Shown here: positions 46,079-56,694 of the stretch, in pieces
How the letters are laid out: each line of letters starts with the position of its first letter
How positions within the stretch are numbered: position 1 is the first letter of the stretch
Origin: SAR202 cluster bacterium
GTDB lineage: Bacteria > Chloroflexota > Dehalococcoidia > Lucifugimonadales > UBA3495
NCBI GenBank assembly: GCA_013204585.1
Contig: JABMNL010000009.1
Location: 22,058 to 86,057 of the forward strand
Direction: 5' to 3'
Length of the DNA: 64,000 nucleotides
Made by a program: the position numbers and the translations under genes
Notes under the pieces: generated by a model
The model's input: the letters and a program-made list of their open reading frames with translations, nothing else
Database searches by the model: none
Told to the model about the DNA's origin: nothing

Positions 46079-46774
46079 CTATTGGTCGGAAGGAGGCCGG
46101 TGAAAAATCATTAGTGATAGGTCGCTAAACTCAGTGGTGATGGCGGCACACTCGCTGACGGTGCCGCTCCAAGACTGTTCGTCGTCGTGGGTAAGGCGCT
46201 GGAAGACGGTCATCTGCCGGTCTCCCGACACCCCCGCTTTAATCACGTCGGCTGCGATGCCAGCCGGCATTAGGTCGTACGGGCGGGGCAGAAGAATGAC
46301 GTTACGACGTTCTTCCTTTAGATAGTGGACCAACTCCTCAAGGGCGGAGCCAGCGCCGTCTCTAACGTGCAGGGTAACGAAGACAGCGTGTTCCAGGGAT
46401 ATGCCGGAACGGGATAAAGCAATCTGGACCGAGCTGATTCCTGGTATCAGGTCAACGTGGTCTACACGTCGCCTCACTCGGTCTAGCAGTTCCTTGGCCG
46501 AGACGTTAAGGTCTCCCCAGGCGCAAACCACCAGACTCTTGCCTTCTTTGACCTTGCCCACAGCATAGTCCAGAACCTCCTCTTGGTCCCGGTAAGCCAT
46601 GGGACAGAGCTCGGCCTTGCCAGCAAAGGGGCGGATTACATTGAGGACGGTTTCAAATCCGGCAACCAGGTCTGCTTCTTCGATGGCTTGTTTGCCCTTC
46701 AGGGTTAAGAATCCGTTGTCCCCTGGGCCCACAGCCACAATAGTGACCCGGGTGCCGTGTTGGGCGGAGGTCAT
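46079..46774 (-). CDS. Tetrapyrrole (corrin) methylase-family protein, CbiE/CobL-N-like
   Basis: 231 aa. VTIVAVGPGDNGFLTLKGKQAIEEADLVAG, typical of the TP_methylase fold. Sits immediately upstream of cobN. Confidence 0.55.
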   Translation of the reverse strand: MTSAQHGTRVTIVAVGPGDNGFLTLKGKQAIEEADLVAGFETVLNVIRPFAGKAELCPMAYRDQEEVLDYAVGKVKEGKSLVVCAWGDLNVSAKELLDRVRRRVDHVDLIPGISSVQIALSRSGISLEHAVFVTLHVRDGAGSALEELVHYLKEERRNVILLPRPYDLMPAGIAADVIKAGVSGDRQMTVFQRLTHDDEQSWSGTVSECAAITTEFSDLSLMIFHRPPSDQ

Positions 46775-47060
46775 CTGGCACCTACAGTAATAGATAGGGT
46801 TAGGACGGTTACAGAGAGGTTATTCCCTAATCCGTTGCTAATTAATAGGGATTGTAGCGGGTTACTATGATGAGTCATAGACGTTAAAAACCCCCGGCAT
46901 CGACGACGCCGAGGAATCAAATCGGCAAACTGGAATCACGGGCTACTTTATGATTGGCCGAACTGGTTGTCAAGAAGGGTCGGTTTTGGCGACCTGAAAG
47001 GCCGGGATTCGTCCAGGTCATTGTCAAGTCAGGTTATGTGCGAATCACGCGTAAATTCTG

Positions 47061-47089
47061 TTGACATTCTTAGTATCGGCGGATAGAGT
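47061..47089 (+). promoter_or_regulatory. Candidate promoter of the rpsL operon
   Basis: TTGACA - 17 nt - TAGAGT, about 35 nt upstream of the rpsL ATG. Confidence 0.4.
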
Positions 47090-47124
47090 TATATATCGCG
47101 CCCATTGCTGCGAGGGGATTTTTC

Positions 47125-47541
47125 ATGCCAACAGTAAATCAATTAGTAAGAAAAGGCCGAAAGCCGATTCATAAGAAGACTAAGGCTCCGGCTATGCACT
47201 GGGTGCAGAACTCACTCACCAACAGATTGAAGTGGGGACCGGGCTGTCCGCAACGACGTGGTGTCTGTATTCAAGTACGCACCATGACTCCGAAAAAGCC
47301 TAACTCGGCGCTTCGGAAGATTGCCAGGGTTCGCTTGACCAACGGTGTAGAAGTTACCGCATATATCGGCGGTGAAGGCCACAATCTCCAGGAACACTCA
47401 GTAGTGTTGATTAGAGGTGGCCGTGTGAAAGACCTACCTGGTGTCCGTTACCATATAGTTCGCGCCGCTCTCGACTGTGAGGGTGTGTCGGACCGTCGGC
47501 AAGGACGCAGTAAATACGGGGCGATCAAACCCCGGGCTTAG
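47125..47541 (+). CDS. rpsL: 30S ribosomal protein S12
   Basis: 138 aa. [12 protein letters not shown]...[10 protein letters not shown]...[13 protein letters not shown]. Confidence 0.95.
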   Translation: MPTVNQLVRKGRKPIHKKTKAPAMHWVQNSLTNRLKWGPGCPQRRGVCIQVRTMTPKKPNSALRKIARVRLTNGVEVTAYIGGEGHNLQEHSVVLIRGGRVKDLPGVRYHIVRAALDCEGVSDRRQGRSKYGAIKPRA

Positions 47542-47589
47542 AGTTTTCCCTTGGGCCAAGGTTGGTACCAAACGCAGGTGTAGAGATAC

Positions 47590-48060
47590 ATGTCGAGAAG
47601 ACGACCAGCAGTACGAAGAATTATTGCGCCAGACCCACGCTTCGGCGATGTGGAATTGGCCAGGTTCATTAATAGAGTGATGATGCAGGGCAAAAAGACT
47701 ATTGCTCAGCGTATTACGTATGGTGCCTTTGACATTATTCAGGAAGAGTCCAACAGGGAACCCCTCGAGGTCTTCCAACAAGCATTAAGAAATGCCACCC
47801 CCGCGGTGGAGGTCCGCCCCAAGCGTGTTGGCGGGTCTACTATCCAAGTGCCCACGGAACTCCGTGCGTCACGTAGCGAGGCGCTTGCCATGCGCTGGCT
47901 CATTAGAGGGGCCAGGTCCCGGAATGGGATGCCTATGCGGAGAGGACTGGCCCAAGAATTAATGGATGCTTCCCGTGGTGAAGGGTCGGCAGTCCGTAGA
48001 AGGGAGGAGTTGCACCGGATGGCGGAAGCCAACCGGGCCTTTGTGCACTACCGTCGGTAA
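47590..48060 (+). CDS. rpsG: 30S ribosomal protein S7
   Basis: 156 aa of canonical S7 sequence. Confidence 0.95.
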   Translation: MSRRRPAVRRIIAPDPRFGDVELARFINRVMMQGKKTIAQRITYGAFDIIQEESNREPLEVFQQALRNATPAVEVRPKRVGGSTIQVPTELRASRSEALAMRWLIRGARSRNGMPMRRGLAQELMDASRGEGSAVRRREELHRMAEANRAFVHYRR

Positions 48061-48120
48061 TTTTCTGACCAGTTAATTCCCTGTAGGCCCCAGAGCCCAG
48101 ACTTCATAGTCCAGTATCCT

Positions 48121-50229
48121 GTGCCCAACCTCATGGTATCCAAGAATTCTGAAGGCAATTTCTCAATTGAGAATATCCGCAATATTGGGTTTATCGCCCA
48201 TATTGATGCTGGTAAAACCACTGTAACTGAACAAGTTCTCTTTGCGACCGGTCGTATTCACCGCGCTGGCGGTGTAGACGAAGGTAACACCGCAATGGAC
48301 TGGATGCCCCAGGAAAAAGAAAGGGGTATTACCATCACCGCAGCGGCAACCACCACTTATTGGAACGACTGCCGCGTTAACGTAATTGACACCCCAGGCC
48401 ACGTCGATTTCACTGCCGAAGTAGAACGCAGTCTCCGCGTATTGGACGGAGGCGTTGTCGTGCTAGATGCGGTTGCCGGTGTTCAATCCCAGTCGGAAAC
48501 CGTTTGGCGGCAGGCCGACACCTACAAAGTCCCCCGCCTTTGCTTCGTCAATAAAATGGACCGGGTCGGTGCCAGCTTCGAGCGCACCATCGAGTCCATC
48601 CGCCGCCGCCTCAACGGCAACCCCGTGGCGATTCAAATACCCATGGGCGCTGAGGACCAATTCGCTGGGATGATTGATTTAATCTCCGGCAGGGCTGTGT
48701 CGTATCCCATCGGCAGAATTAATGAAGGTAGCGCCGACCGACCGCATGAAATAGAGATCCCGGACGAGCTACAAGCCGAGTACGAGAAGTACCGCGCAGT
48801 AATGATTGAGAAGATTGCTGAGACGGATGATCTTCTGATTGCCAAATTCCTTGATGGCGAAGAGATTTCTCAAGAGGAACTGACCAACGCCCTAAGGCAG
48901 GCCACGATTAATCAGAAGATAGTTCCGATATTGTGCGGCAGCGCCATGTTCGCTAAGGGCGTACATTCATTACTTGATGCCATCGTGGCCTATCTACCGT
49001 CCCCGGCCGACGTGCCGCCGGTGGAGGGTATCAACCCCAAGAATGATGAGATTGAACTAAGGTACCCTGACGCGAACGCTCCCCTTTCTGCTTTGGCGTT
49101 CAAGATTGCCACTGACCCGTACGTTGGTCGTCTGGTGTTTCTCCGGGTATATTCCGGCACGGTTAAAGCCGGAGCCCAGGTATACAATGTTACGAAGAAG
49201 GGCCGCGAGCGAATGGGGCGTCTGCTCCGTATGCACGCCAACTCAAGGGAAGAACTGGACGAGGTAACGGCCGGTAACATTTGCGCCGCCGTGGGATTGA
49301 AAGACACTTTCACTGGCGATACCATCGGGACCGATGATCGGCCAGTAATTCTGGAACCGCCCAAATTCCCGACGCCGGTGGTGTCGGTGGCCATTGAGCC
49401 GAAGACTAGGGCCGACCAAGACCGTCTGACCGATTCGCTGAGAAAATTGGCCGACGAAGATCCCACTTTCGTGGTCTCTGTCAATGACGAAACGGGCCAG
49501 ACGATTATGTCTGGTATGGGAGAGCTGCACCTTGGGGTGTTGGTTGACCGAATGCGTCGCGAGTTCGGCGTAGACGCCCAGGTTGGTATGCCCAGAGTCT
49601 CCTACCGTGAGACGCTTACTGTGGAACGCAGGGTTGAAGGCAGATTTGTCCGGCAGACTGGCGGCCATGGCCAGTTCGGACACGTAGTGTTGGACTTGAT
49701 TCCACTGGAACGGGGTGGGGGTATTATTTTCGAAAATAATATCTCAAGGGGATCAATCCCCAGAGAATTTATTCCTGGAATTGAAAAAGGAGTGATGGAC
49801 GCTCTAGACAACGGCCCTCTGGCCGGTTATCCTCTGGTGGACTTAAAAGTGTCCCTGGTGGATGGAAGCTTCCATCAAGTGGACTCCTCCGAGATGGCTT
49901 TCCGCAGCGCCGGTATGTTGGCCATCAGAGAGGGCGCTCCCAAATGCTCCCCTGTCTTGCTTGAGCCCATTGCAGACCTCTCAGTGGTTACACCTGGGGA
50001 ATACCTCGGTGACATCATCGGGGATTTAGGGTCGCGGCGAGCACAGATTCAAAGCATCGAAAGTGAAGGCGACCTCCAATCGGTGCGGGCGCTTCTTCCA
50101 TTGGGCGAGACTTTCTCTTATACGACTGCGCTTCGTTCCATGAGCCAGGGCCGCGCTTCGTACTCCATGGAGTTCAAGTATTACGAGCCAGTGCCGGATC
50201 ATGTCGCTAAGACATTGGTGCAGGCCTAG
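48121..50229 (+). CDS. fusA: Elongation factor G
   Basis: 702 aa. AHIDAGKTT, DTPGHVDF and NKMD motifs. Confidence 0.95.
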   Translation: MPNLMVSKNSEGNFSIENIRNIGFIAHIDAGKTTVTEQVLFATGRIHRAGGVDEGNTAMDWMPQEKERGITITAAATTTYWNDCRVNVIDTPGHVDFTAEVERSLRVLDGGVVVLDAVAGVQSQSETVWRQADTYKVPRLCFVNKMDRVGASFERTIESIRRRLNGNPVAIQIPMGAEDQFAGMIDLISGRAVSYPIGRINEGSADRPHEIEIPDELQAEYEKYRAVMIEKIAETDDLLIAKFLDGEEISQEELTNALRQATINQKIVPILCGSAMFAKGVHSLLDAIVAYLPSPADVPPVEGINPKNDEIELRYPDANAPLSALAFKIATDPYVGRLVFLRVYSGTVKAGAQVYNVTKKGRERMGRLLRMHANSREELDEVTAGNICAAVGLKDTFTGDTIGTDDRPVILEPPKFPTPVVSVAIEPKTRADQDRLTDSLRKLADEDPTFVVSVNDETGQTIMSGMGELHLGVLVDRMRREFGVDAQVGMPRVSYRETLTVERRVEGRFVRQTGGHGQFGHVVLDLIPLERGGGIIFENNISRGSIPREFIPGIEKGVMDALDNGPLAGYPLVDLKVSLVDGSFHQVDSSEMAFRSAGMLAIREGAPKCSPVLLEPIADLSVVTPGEYLGDIIGDLGSRRAQIQSIESEGDLQSVRALLPLGETFSYTTALRSMSQGRASYSMEFKYYEPVPDHVAKTLVQA

Positions 50230-50299
50230 GTTCTCTAGTAGTCACGCTAGTTAAAACGGAAAAACTAATTAGAGTTAGGACAACGGTAAAAGCAGATTT

Positions 50300-50611
50300 A
50301 TGGTAACTCGGCAAAAAGTACGAATCATCTTGAAGGCCTTCGACCACAAGATGCTGGACCTATCCACCGGACAGATTGTGGAGACGGCCGAGCGGACTGG
50401 GGCTCGCGTCGCCGGACCGGTGCCACTGCCCACCCATATCCGCCGGTTCTGTGTTATTCGTGGACCGCACGTTGACAAAGACTCACGCGAACATTTCGAG
50501 ATACGGACTCATAAGCGCCTAATCGACATCTTGGAACCCACTTCCAAGACCATCGACTCGCTGACCAGGTTGAACCTGCCAGCTGGCGTTGATATTTCCA
50601 TCAAGCTCTAG
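50300..50611 (+). CDS. rpsJ: 30S ribosomal protein S10
   Basis: 103 aa of canonical S10 sequence. Confidence 0.95.
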   Translation: MVTRQKVRIILKAFDHKMLDLSTGQIVETAERTGARVAGPVPLPTHIRRFCVIRGPHVDKDSREHFEIRTHKRLIDILEPTSKTIDSLTRLNLPAGVDISIKL

Positions 50612-50644
50612 GCAAACAAGCTTTAGGCAAACAAGCTCTAGGCA
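50603..50644. repeat. 15-bp tandem repeat x2.8 (CAAGCTCTAGGCAAA) overlapping the rpsJ stop
   Basis: Read directly from the sequence. Confidence 0.85.
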
Positions 50645-50745
50645 GTAAATAAGAAATTAAGCTAATGAGCTTGCGGGGTTCTAAGTGGACCGCGAAAGCT
50701 GTTAGTTAATGATTCTAGTCAATCAAATAGGAAAGGCGACTTAAG

Positions 50746-51363
50746 ATGCTCCAGGGATTCCTGGGAAAGAAAATAGGGATGACCCAAATCTTCCGTGAAG
50801 ACGGAAGAGTGGTTCCCGTTACCGTCATCCAAGCCGGCCCATGCGTCGTCACCCAGGTGAAGACCAAGGAAACCGATGGCTATGAGGCGGTTCAACTGGG
50901 CTTTGATGAGGTCAAGAAACGGAACAAGCCGTTGTCTGGCCACCTAAAAGATAGCCGGTTGAGCCGGTACCTCCGTGAGGTAAGCGCAGACAACTCCAGC
51001 GAGTTTGAAGTTGGCCAGACCATTGGTGTGGACATCTTTGAAGCCGGAGAGAAAGTCGATGTTATTGGTCAGTCCAAAGGCCGCGGCTTTGCTGGCGTTA
51101 TGAAACGCTGGAATTTCCGTGGCGGCCCGCAGACTCATGGTCAGTCTGACCGGTCGAGGGCTCCGGGATCAATCGGCGGTGGTACCACTCCGGGCAAGGT
51201 CTATAAAGGCCTGAAGATGCCCGGGCACATGGGTAACCGTCGGATTACGGTGAAAGGCCTGGAGATTATTGAAGTGGACGCCGAACGCAACCTGCTCATG
51301 ATTAAGGGCGGCGTACCCGGAGCACCCAACAGCTTGATTCATATCCGAAGACTCGGCGCTTAG
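50746..51363 (+). CDS. rplC: 50S ribosomal protein L3
   Basis: 205 aa of canonical L3 sequence. Confidence 0.95.
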   Translation: MLQGFLGKKIGMTQIFREDGRVVPVTVIQAGPCVVTQVKTKETDGYEAVQLGFDEVKKRNKPLSGHLKDSRLSRYLREVSADNSSEFEVGQTIGVDIFEAGEKVDVIGQSKGRGFAGVMKRWNFRGGPQTHGQSDRSRAPGSIGGGTTPGKVYKGLKMPGHMGNRRITVKGLEIIEVDAERNLLMIKGGVPGAPNSLIHIRRLGA

Positions 51364-51402
51364 CCAGTCACCACTCGTTAATAAGAACGTTAGAAACCAC
51401 AA

Positions 51403-52323
51403 ATGCAAATAGCAGTGAGAAATCAAAATGGGGACGTCTTGGAGAGCATCGAGCTTGATGATGCCGTCTTCAACGTGCCTATGAACCCCACCTTAGTGCA
51501 CCAGGCCATGGTTATCTACCAGGGCAACAAGCGCCAGGGCACGGCTGACACCAAAACCAAGTCGCAGGTATCCGGCGGTGGTCGGAAGCCTTGGACTCAA
51601 AAGCACACTGGCCGAGCTCGACAGGGCAGCATCAGGTCGCCACAATGGCGTCACGGTGGTGTGGTATTTGGTCCCCATCCTCGCAGTTACCGGGCTGATT
51701 TGCCCAAGCGGATGAAGAGACTGGCTCTGCGCTGTGTCCTATCGGACAAGGCTCGCAAGGACCGTTTATTCTGCCTCGACGCCACCGACACGATAGACGG
51801 CAAGACGAAGTCGATGGCTCAATTATTGGAGAATCTGTCCGTATCTCGTTCGACCTTGTTTGTCACCAAGGGTTCCGACAAAATTGTTGTTCAAGCGGCC
51901 CATAACCTAGATAAGGTTTGGACCCTACCGGTTAATCTATTGAACGCCCTAGAGTTGCTGTCCAAAGAAACGGTGATTATGACCGTGGAAGCGGCCCGAT
52001 GGTTGGAAGAAACTCTAGCAGCAGAGCCTCACGGTCGCCGCGGGACCAAATGGGTCACCATGGCTTCAGCAAAGGGCGGTGTGGCAGTAGCCGAACCGGC
52101 AATGGAAGAAGCTGCTCCTGCGGTTGAAGATGAAGCTCCGGCTCCCCGGCCCCGACGACGGTCTAGTACCGCCGCCGCACCGGACGCCGCCGCTGATGCA
52201 ACGGCTGAAGAAGAAGCGCCGAAGCCCCGAGCCCGCAGACGGCGGACAACCGCCAGCGCCGCTGAAGAACCCACCACCGAGGCTGCGGCACCAGAAGCGG
52301 AGACCCCAGAGGAGGAGGCTTAG
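51403..52323 (+). CDS. rplD: 50S ribosomal protein L4 with a ~100-aa low-complexity C-terminal extension
   Basis: 306 aa. Canonical L4 to about residue 205, then an Ala/Glu/Pro/Arg-rich tail. The stop abuts the rplW ATG. Confidence 0.9.
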   Translation: MQIAVRNQNGDVLESIELDDAVFNVPMNPTLVHQAMVIYQGNKRQGTADTKTKSQVSGGGRKPWTQKHTGRARQGSIRSPQWRHGGVVFGPHPRSYRADLPKRMKRLALRCVLSDKARKDRLFCLDATDTIDGKTKSMAQLLENLSVSRSTLFVTKGSDKIVVQAAHNLDKVWTLPVNLLNALELLSKETVIMTVEAARWLEETLAAEPHGRRGTKWVTMASAKGGVAVAEPAMEEAAPAVEDEAPAPRPRRRSSTAAAPDAAADATAEEEAPKPRARRRRTTASAAEEPTTEAAAPEAETPEEEA

Positions 52324-52608
52324 ATGGATAATCATCGAGTTCTCATCAAGCCTGCTATTACTGAGAAGAGTACCCTTCTGCAGGAATCCGGTAAATACAC
52401 TTTCCACATCGCTCCCCGGGCCAACAAAGTGGAAGTTAAACAGGCCGTCGAGTCGAACTTCAATGTGACTGTGGTTGGTGTGAACATCTGCAAACTGCGT
52501 GGCAAGATGAAGCGCTACGGCCCTCGTATCACCAAGCAACCGGATACGAAAAAGGCGGTTGTGACCCTTAAAGAGGGTGACCGCATTAACCTGATAGAGG
52601 GATTGTAG
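52324..52608 (+). CDS. rplW: 50S ribosomal protein L23
   Basis: 94 aa. Confidence 0.9.
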   Translation: MDNHRVLIKPAITEKSTLLQESGKYTFHIAPRANKVEVKQAVESNFNVTVVGVNICKLRGKMKRYGPRITKQPDTKKAVVTLKEGDRINLIEGL

Positions 52609-52617
52609 GGATTTAGC

Positions 52618-53451
52618 ATGCCTCTAAAAAAACTAAGACCTATGACCCCAGGTACCCGGAATGCGGTGCGGCCGTCCTTCGAGGAAATTACCGCACGAAA
52701 ACCGGAAAAGTCGCTAATTGAATTCAAACCAAACCATGCCGGACGCAATAACCAGGGCCGCATTACCACGCGGTCCAGGGGCGGTGGGTCAAAGCGCATG
52801 TACCGTTTGGTCGACTTCAAGCGAATCAAGGATGGTGTTCCGGGCCGGGTCAAGGCGATTGAGTACGACCCGAACCGAACAACACGTATTGCCCTGATTT
52901 ACTACGTCGACGGTGAGAAGAGTTATATACTGGCACCCCACGGTTTAGAAGTGGGCGCCTTTGTCCAGTCGGGTCCCGATGCTGAAATCAGCTTAGGCAA
53001 TTGCTTGCCTTTGACGAACATCCCCACCGGTACGGTGGTTCACAACCTGGAGTTGACTCCGGGGCGGGGTGGCCAGATGGTGCGGGGAGCCGGAACCGGC
53101 GCTCAGGTCTTGTCCAGGGAAGGCGAGTACGTATTGGTACGGCTACCATCGGGTGAGATGCGCCGGGTGTTGCTTCGCTGCCGAGCTAGTGTCGGACAGC
53201 TTTCCAATCCAGATCACAAAAATGAAAGTTTAGGCAAAGCGGGTGCTTCCCGCCATAAAGGCCGCCGCCCCCACGTGCGCGGTGTGGCCATGAACCCGAA
53301 CGACCACCCCCATGGCGGCGGCGAGGGCCGGTCTCCCATCGGGATGCCGGGACCTAAATCGCCTTGGGGTAAACCCACATTGGGTTACAAGACACGCCGC
53401 AAAAAGAAAGGGTCCAGCAAGTTTATAATGCGCAGAACCAGGAGACGCTAG
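52618..53451 (+). CDS. rplB: 50S ribosomal protein L2
   Basis: 277 aa. GGGEGR and HPHGGG region. Confidence 0.95.
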   Translation: MPLKKLRPMTPGTRNAVRPSFEEITARKPEKSLIEFKPNHAGRNNQGRITTRSRGGGSKRMYRLVDFKRIKDGVPGRVKAIEYDPNRTTRIALIYYVDGEKSYILAPHGLEVGAFVQSGPDAEISLGNCLPLTNIPTGTVVHNLELTPGRGGQMVRGAGTGAQVLSREGEYVLVRLPSGEMRRVLLRCRASVGQLSNPDHKNESLGKAGASRHKGRRPHVRGVAMNPNDHPHGGGEGRSPIGMPGPKSPWGKPTLGYKTRRKKKGSSKFIMRRTRRR

Positions 53452-53452
53452 G

Positions 53453-53737
53453 ATGTCCCGTTCCATTAAAAAAGGACCTTACGTGCATCCCAAGTTGATG
53501 AAGCACGTAACAGCGGTTCAAAACTCCGGGGCCAATACGGTCATCCGGACTTGGGCCCGCGCCTCCATGATTATGCCCGAAATGGTGGGCCTGACTATTG
53601 GAGTTCATGACGGTCGCCGGCACGTGCCGGTGTTTATAACTGAGAACATGGTGGGCCACCGGCTGGGGGAATTTTCTCCTACCAGGACTTTCCGTGGACA
53701 TATTTCAAGGTCCGAACGGACCAGCCGGGTGAGGTAA
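53453..53737 (+). CDS. rpsS: 30S ribosomal protein S19
   Basis: 94 aa. [11 protein letters not shown]. Confidence 0.95.
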   Translation: MSRSIKKGPYVHPKLMKHVTAVQNSGANTVIRTWARASMIMPEMVGLTIGVHDGRRHVPVFITENMVGHRLGEFSPTRTFRGHISRSERTSRVR

Positions 53738-53741
53738 CAAA

Positions 53742-54089
53742 TTGCCGCCGGTAAGAGCATTAGCCAAACAAATAGGTGCCTCGCAAAAGAGGCTCAAGCC
53801 GATTCTTGATCTCGTAAGGGGTCTGGGAGTCGATGACGCCCTCAATAATCTAAGTTTGCTGCCTTCGCCTTGGGCCAAGACAGTGGCCAAAGTGGTGGCG
53901 TCAGCTGCGGCCAACGCCGAGAACAACATGTTGATGAACCGCGATAACTTACGGATTGTCCATATATCGGCAGACAACGCTAAGTCGTTAAAGCGGTTCC
54001 GGCCTCGGGCCAGGGGCCGGATCGGCAAGATAACCAAACGCTCCAGCCACGTCATGGTGGTTGTAGACGAAGTCGGGAATAGGAGCTAG
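53742..54089 (+). CDS. rplV: 50S ribosomal protein L22
   Basis: 115 aa. TTG start. Confidence 0.9.
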   Translation: MPPVRALAKQIGASQKRLKPILDLVRGLGVDDALNNLSLLPSPWAKTVAKVVASAAANAENNMLMNRDNLRIVHISADNAKSLKRFRPRARGRIGKITKRSSHVMVVVDEVGNRS

Positions 54090-54091
54090 GC

Positions 54092-54835
54092 ATGGGGCAC
54101 AAGACCCACCCATACGGGTTCCGGTTAGGTATCATCAAGGACTGGAAAGCCCACTGGTACGCGCCGAACAGCCGTTCCTACCGCGACCTGGTAACCCAGG
54201 ATTTGCGTTTACGCGACACGATTAAAGACGAGTACAAAGCGTTCTCGGACGCAGGGATAGCCCTAGTTGAGATTGATCGTGGCGCGCAAGATAGCGTCAT
54301 TAATATCCATTCAGCTCGTCCTGGAATATTAATCGGCCGTGATGGCGAGCGGGTAAAGAATCTTCGCTCCAGACTAGAGGCGATTACCGAAGGTCGGATT
54401 CAACTTAACATCGTTGAGATTGAGCAGCCTGAGACCAACGCTTTCTTGGTGGCACGTAACGTGGCCGACCAAATGGAGCGCCGGGTTGCCTATCGTCGGG
54501 CCATGCGCCAAGCCGCCCAGAGGGCGATGCAGGCCGGGGCTCAAGGGATAAAGATTATTGTAAAGGGCCGCATCTCAGGGTCTGAGATAGCCCGGGTTGA
54601 AAAACTAATGATGGGTCGAGTTCCGCTGCACACCCTGCGGGCGGATATCGACTACGCTTTGGCCGAGGCGCACACGATTATGGGACGTTGCGGCGTCAAG
54701 ACGTGGGTCTACCACGGAGAGATTCTGCCTCCTCAGCCGGAGATTGTTGAAGAACTGGATAATATTGAAGTTACTGTCCAGGCCGAGGATATCGAGGATG
54801 CGCTCGAGTCCATCGTCCTGGAAAACCCTGAATAG
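54092..54835 (+). CDS. rpsC: 30S ribosomal protein S3 (acidic C-terminal tail)
   Basis: 247 aa. [13 protein letters not shown]. Confidence 0.95.
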   Translation: MGHKTHPYGFRLGIIKDWKAHWYAPNSRSYRDLVTQDLRLRDTIKDEYKAFSDAGIALVEIDRGAQDSVINIHSARPGILIGRDGERVKNLRSRLEAITEGRIQLNIVEIEQPETNAFLVARNVADQMERRVAYRRAMRQAAQRAMQAGAQGIKIIVKGRISGSEIARVEKLMMGRVPLHTLRADIDYALAEAHTIMGRCGVKTWVYHGEILPPQPEIVEELDNIEVTVQAEDIEDALESIVLENPE

Positions 54836-54855
54836 GAAGAGGTCTAGGGCCATCC

Positions 54856-55296
54856 ATGCTGCAACCGAAACGAACAAAATATAGGAAGCACTTCCGTGGC
54901 AAAATGCGGGGGACCGCTACCACAGGAAGCACCGTTTCCTTCGGAGAAATAGGCCTTAAGGCGATGGAAGCCCATTGGATAACCGCACGCCAAATTGAGG
55001 CTGCTCGTGTCGCCGTGACACGTCACCTTAAGCGCGGCGGTCAAGTTTGGGTACGTGTATTCCCAGACAAGTCAGTAAGTAAAAAGCCGGCGGAAACGCG
55101 GATGGGCGGCGGAAAAGCTGCGGGCGATTACTGGGTGGCCGTGGTAAAACCAGGCCGGATACTATTTGAGGTAGCCGGTGTTCCCCATGACGAGGCGGTA
55201 CGTGCTCTGAATTTGGCGGCCCATAAACTTCCAATACCAACCAAAACCGTTGTGAGAGACCGGTTGGCCGCAGCTGCGGCAGGCGGTTCGTTCTAA
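54856..55296 (+). CDS. rplP: 50S ribosomal protein L16
   Basis: 146 aa. [11 protein letters not shown]. Confidence 0.95.
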   Translation: MLQPKRTKYRKHFRGKMRGTATTGSTVSFGEIGLKAMEAHWITARQIEAARVAVTRHLKRGGQVWVRVFPDKSVSKKPAETRMGGGKAAGDYWVAVVKPGRILFEVAGVPHDEAVRALNLAAHKLPIPTKTVVRDRLAAAAAGGSF

Positions 55297-55299
55297 ATT

Positions 55300-55500
55300 A
55301 TGCGTATTCACGAAGTAAGAGAACTAGGTAACGACCAGTTGTATGAAGAGCTGGAAAAGTCCGGTCGGGAGCTGATGAACCTTCGGTTCCGGGCCGCAAC
55401 CAACCAATTGACCGATACCAATGAACCCAAGGCGGTTAAGAAAACCATTGCTAGGCTCCAAACAGTGATACACGAGCGGCAAGCCCAGGAGGCTAGTTAG
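55300..55500 (+). CDS. rpmC: 50S ribosomal protein L29
   Basis: 66 aa. Confidence 0.9.
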   Translation: MRIHEVRELGNDQLYEELEKSGRELMNLRFRAATNQLTDTNEPKAVKKTIARLQTVIHERQAQEAS

Positions 55501-56009
55501 TGGCCAGGATTATGCGCAAAGTCCGCACCGGCGCCGTTGTGCGGACCCCTCAAGATAAAACTGCCATCGTTGAGATGGTTTGGAAACAGCGTCACCGGTT
55601 ATACCGGAAACAGATGCGCCGGGTGGCCCGCTTCTACGTCCACGACCCAGAAAGCCAATGCCGCCTGGGGGATACGGTTCGTATTGAAGAGACCAGGCCC
55701 ATTTCCAAGAATAAACATTGGCGTCTCTTGGAAATTGTGGATCGCAAGCAGATTGCCGACGTTCGGCCGATTGATCTCGAAACCGACATTGCTCCCGAGA
55801 TGACCCAACCCCGCATTCTGGCTGCAGAAGCCAGAGCGGAAGCCGCCGAGGCTGCCGCAGTAGTAGTTGCCGAAGCAGTAGTTGTTGAAGAAGAACCGGT
55901 TGTAGAAGTAGAAACCGTGGAAGAAGTGGAAGAAGTGGAAGAAGTGGTAGAAGAAGAGCCTGCGGCTGACGAAGCCGACAGCGAAGACGAACAGGAAGAC
56001 AAGGAATGA
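55500..56009 (+). CDS. rpsQ: 30S ribosomal protein S17 with a ~80-aa acidic C-terminal extension
   Basis: 169 aa. Canonical S17 to about residue 85, then a Val/Glu/Ala-rich tail. GTG start overlaps the rpmC stop (alternative ATG at 55512). The stop overlaps the rplN ATG (ATGA). Confidence 0.9.
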   Translation: MARIMRKVRTGAVVRTPQDKTAIVEMVWKQRHRLYRKQMRRVARFYVHDPESQCRLGDTVRIEETRPISKNKHWRLLEIVDRKQIADVRPIDLETDIAPEMTQPRILAAEARAEAAEAAAVVVAEAVVVEEEPVVEVETVEEVEEVEEVVEEEPAADEADSEDEQEDKE

Positions 56010-56374
56010 TTCAGACCTTTACCAGGCTGACAGTAGCCGATAATAGTGGGGCCAAAATAATACGCCTCATTAACGTTCCGGGTAACAGCAAGCGAAAATT
56101 CGCTCACGTTGGTGACATCATTGTTTGCAACGTGAGAGAGGCCGCCCCTAACTCACCGGTTCGCAAGGGTGAGGTGGTTAAGGCCGTGGTAATTCGCCAG
56201 GCCCAACCGCGTCGCCGGCCCGACGGTACCTATATTAAATTTGACGACAACGCGGCGGTGTTAATCGGGGACGACCAACTCCCCAGAGGTACCCGGATTT
56301 TTGGTCCGGTTGCCCGCGAGTTAAGAGATAAGGGGTTCATGCGTATCGTGTCCCTTGCGCCAGAGGTGGTCTAA
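56006..56374 (+). CDS. rplN: 50S ribosomal protein L14
   Basis: 122 aa. Confidence 0.95.
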   Translation: MIQTFTRLTVADNSGAKIIRLINVPGNSKRKFAHVGDIIVCNVREAAPNSPVRKGEVVKAVVIRQAQPRRRPDGTYIKFDDNAAVLIGDDQLPRGTRIFGPVARELRDKGFMRIVSLAPEVV

Positions 56375-56694
56375 TGCGCATTCGCACTGGAGATAACGTA
56401 CTGGTTATTGCCGGTAAAGAGAAAGGCAAAACTGGCCGTGTGGAACGGAGGATTCTCGACAAAGACCGAGTCATTGTCGAAGGCGTCAACATGGTCACCA
56501 AGCATATGAAGGCCAGGCCCGGTGTTAGTCAATCGGGAAGGATTCAAAAAGAAGGCTCTATCCACGCGTCAAACGTGGTTCTAATTTGTAATAAGTGCAA
56601 CACTCCCACCAGGCCCAAGACCATCTTCTTGGACACGGGTTCTAGAGTGCGGAGTTGTACCAAGTGTCAGGAAGTTATCGACGATGCTCGATGA
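56374..56694 (+). CDS. rplX: 50S ribosomal protein L24 (Cys4 zinc-ribbon form)
   Basis: 106 aa. CNKC...CTKC. Confidence 0.9.
   Translation: MRIRTGDNVLVIAGKEKGKTGRVERRILDKDRVIVEGVNMVTKHMKARPGVSQSGRIQKEGSIHASNVVLICNKCNTPTRPKTIFLDTGSRVRSCTKCQEVIDDAR

Noticed and set aside
46775-47060. I searched for a third B12 riboswitch upstream of the cbiE-like/cobN genes. I also noted the repeated TTGTCAAG words at ~46968 and ~47023.
   Set aside because: Neither strand has a B12 box (AGCCAGGAGACCTGCC) or a GCCACTG core. The TTGTCAAG words lack matching -10 hexamers at 16-18 nt.
47197-47244. A ~14-residue insertion in S12 (…[22 protein letters not shown]…) relative to E. coli S12.
   Set aside because: The same-length insertion is present in Gram-positive-type S12 (for example the 138-aa Bacillus subtilis protein, from memory). 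It is a lineage marker, not a novelty.
50230-50299. There is no tuf gene between fusA and rpsJ.
   Set aside because: tuf is frequently located elsewhere, and absence from one window is uninformative.
56560-56694. Cys4 motif (CNKC…CTKC) in L24, and zinc motifs in S14, L36 and Adk.
   Set aside because: Zinc-ribbon forms of these proteins are known (for example Thermus/Thermotoga L24, from memory). This is ordinary.
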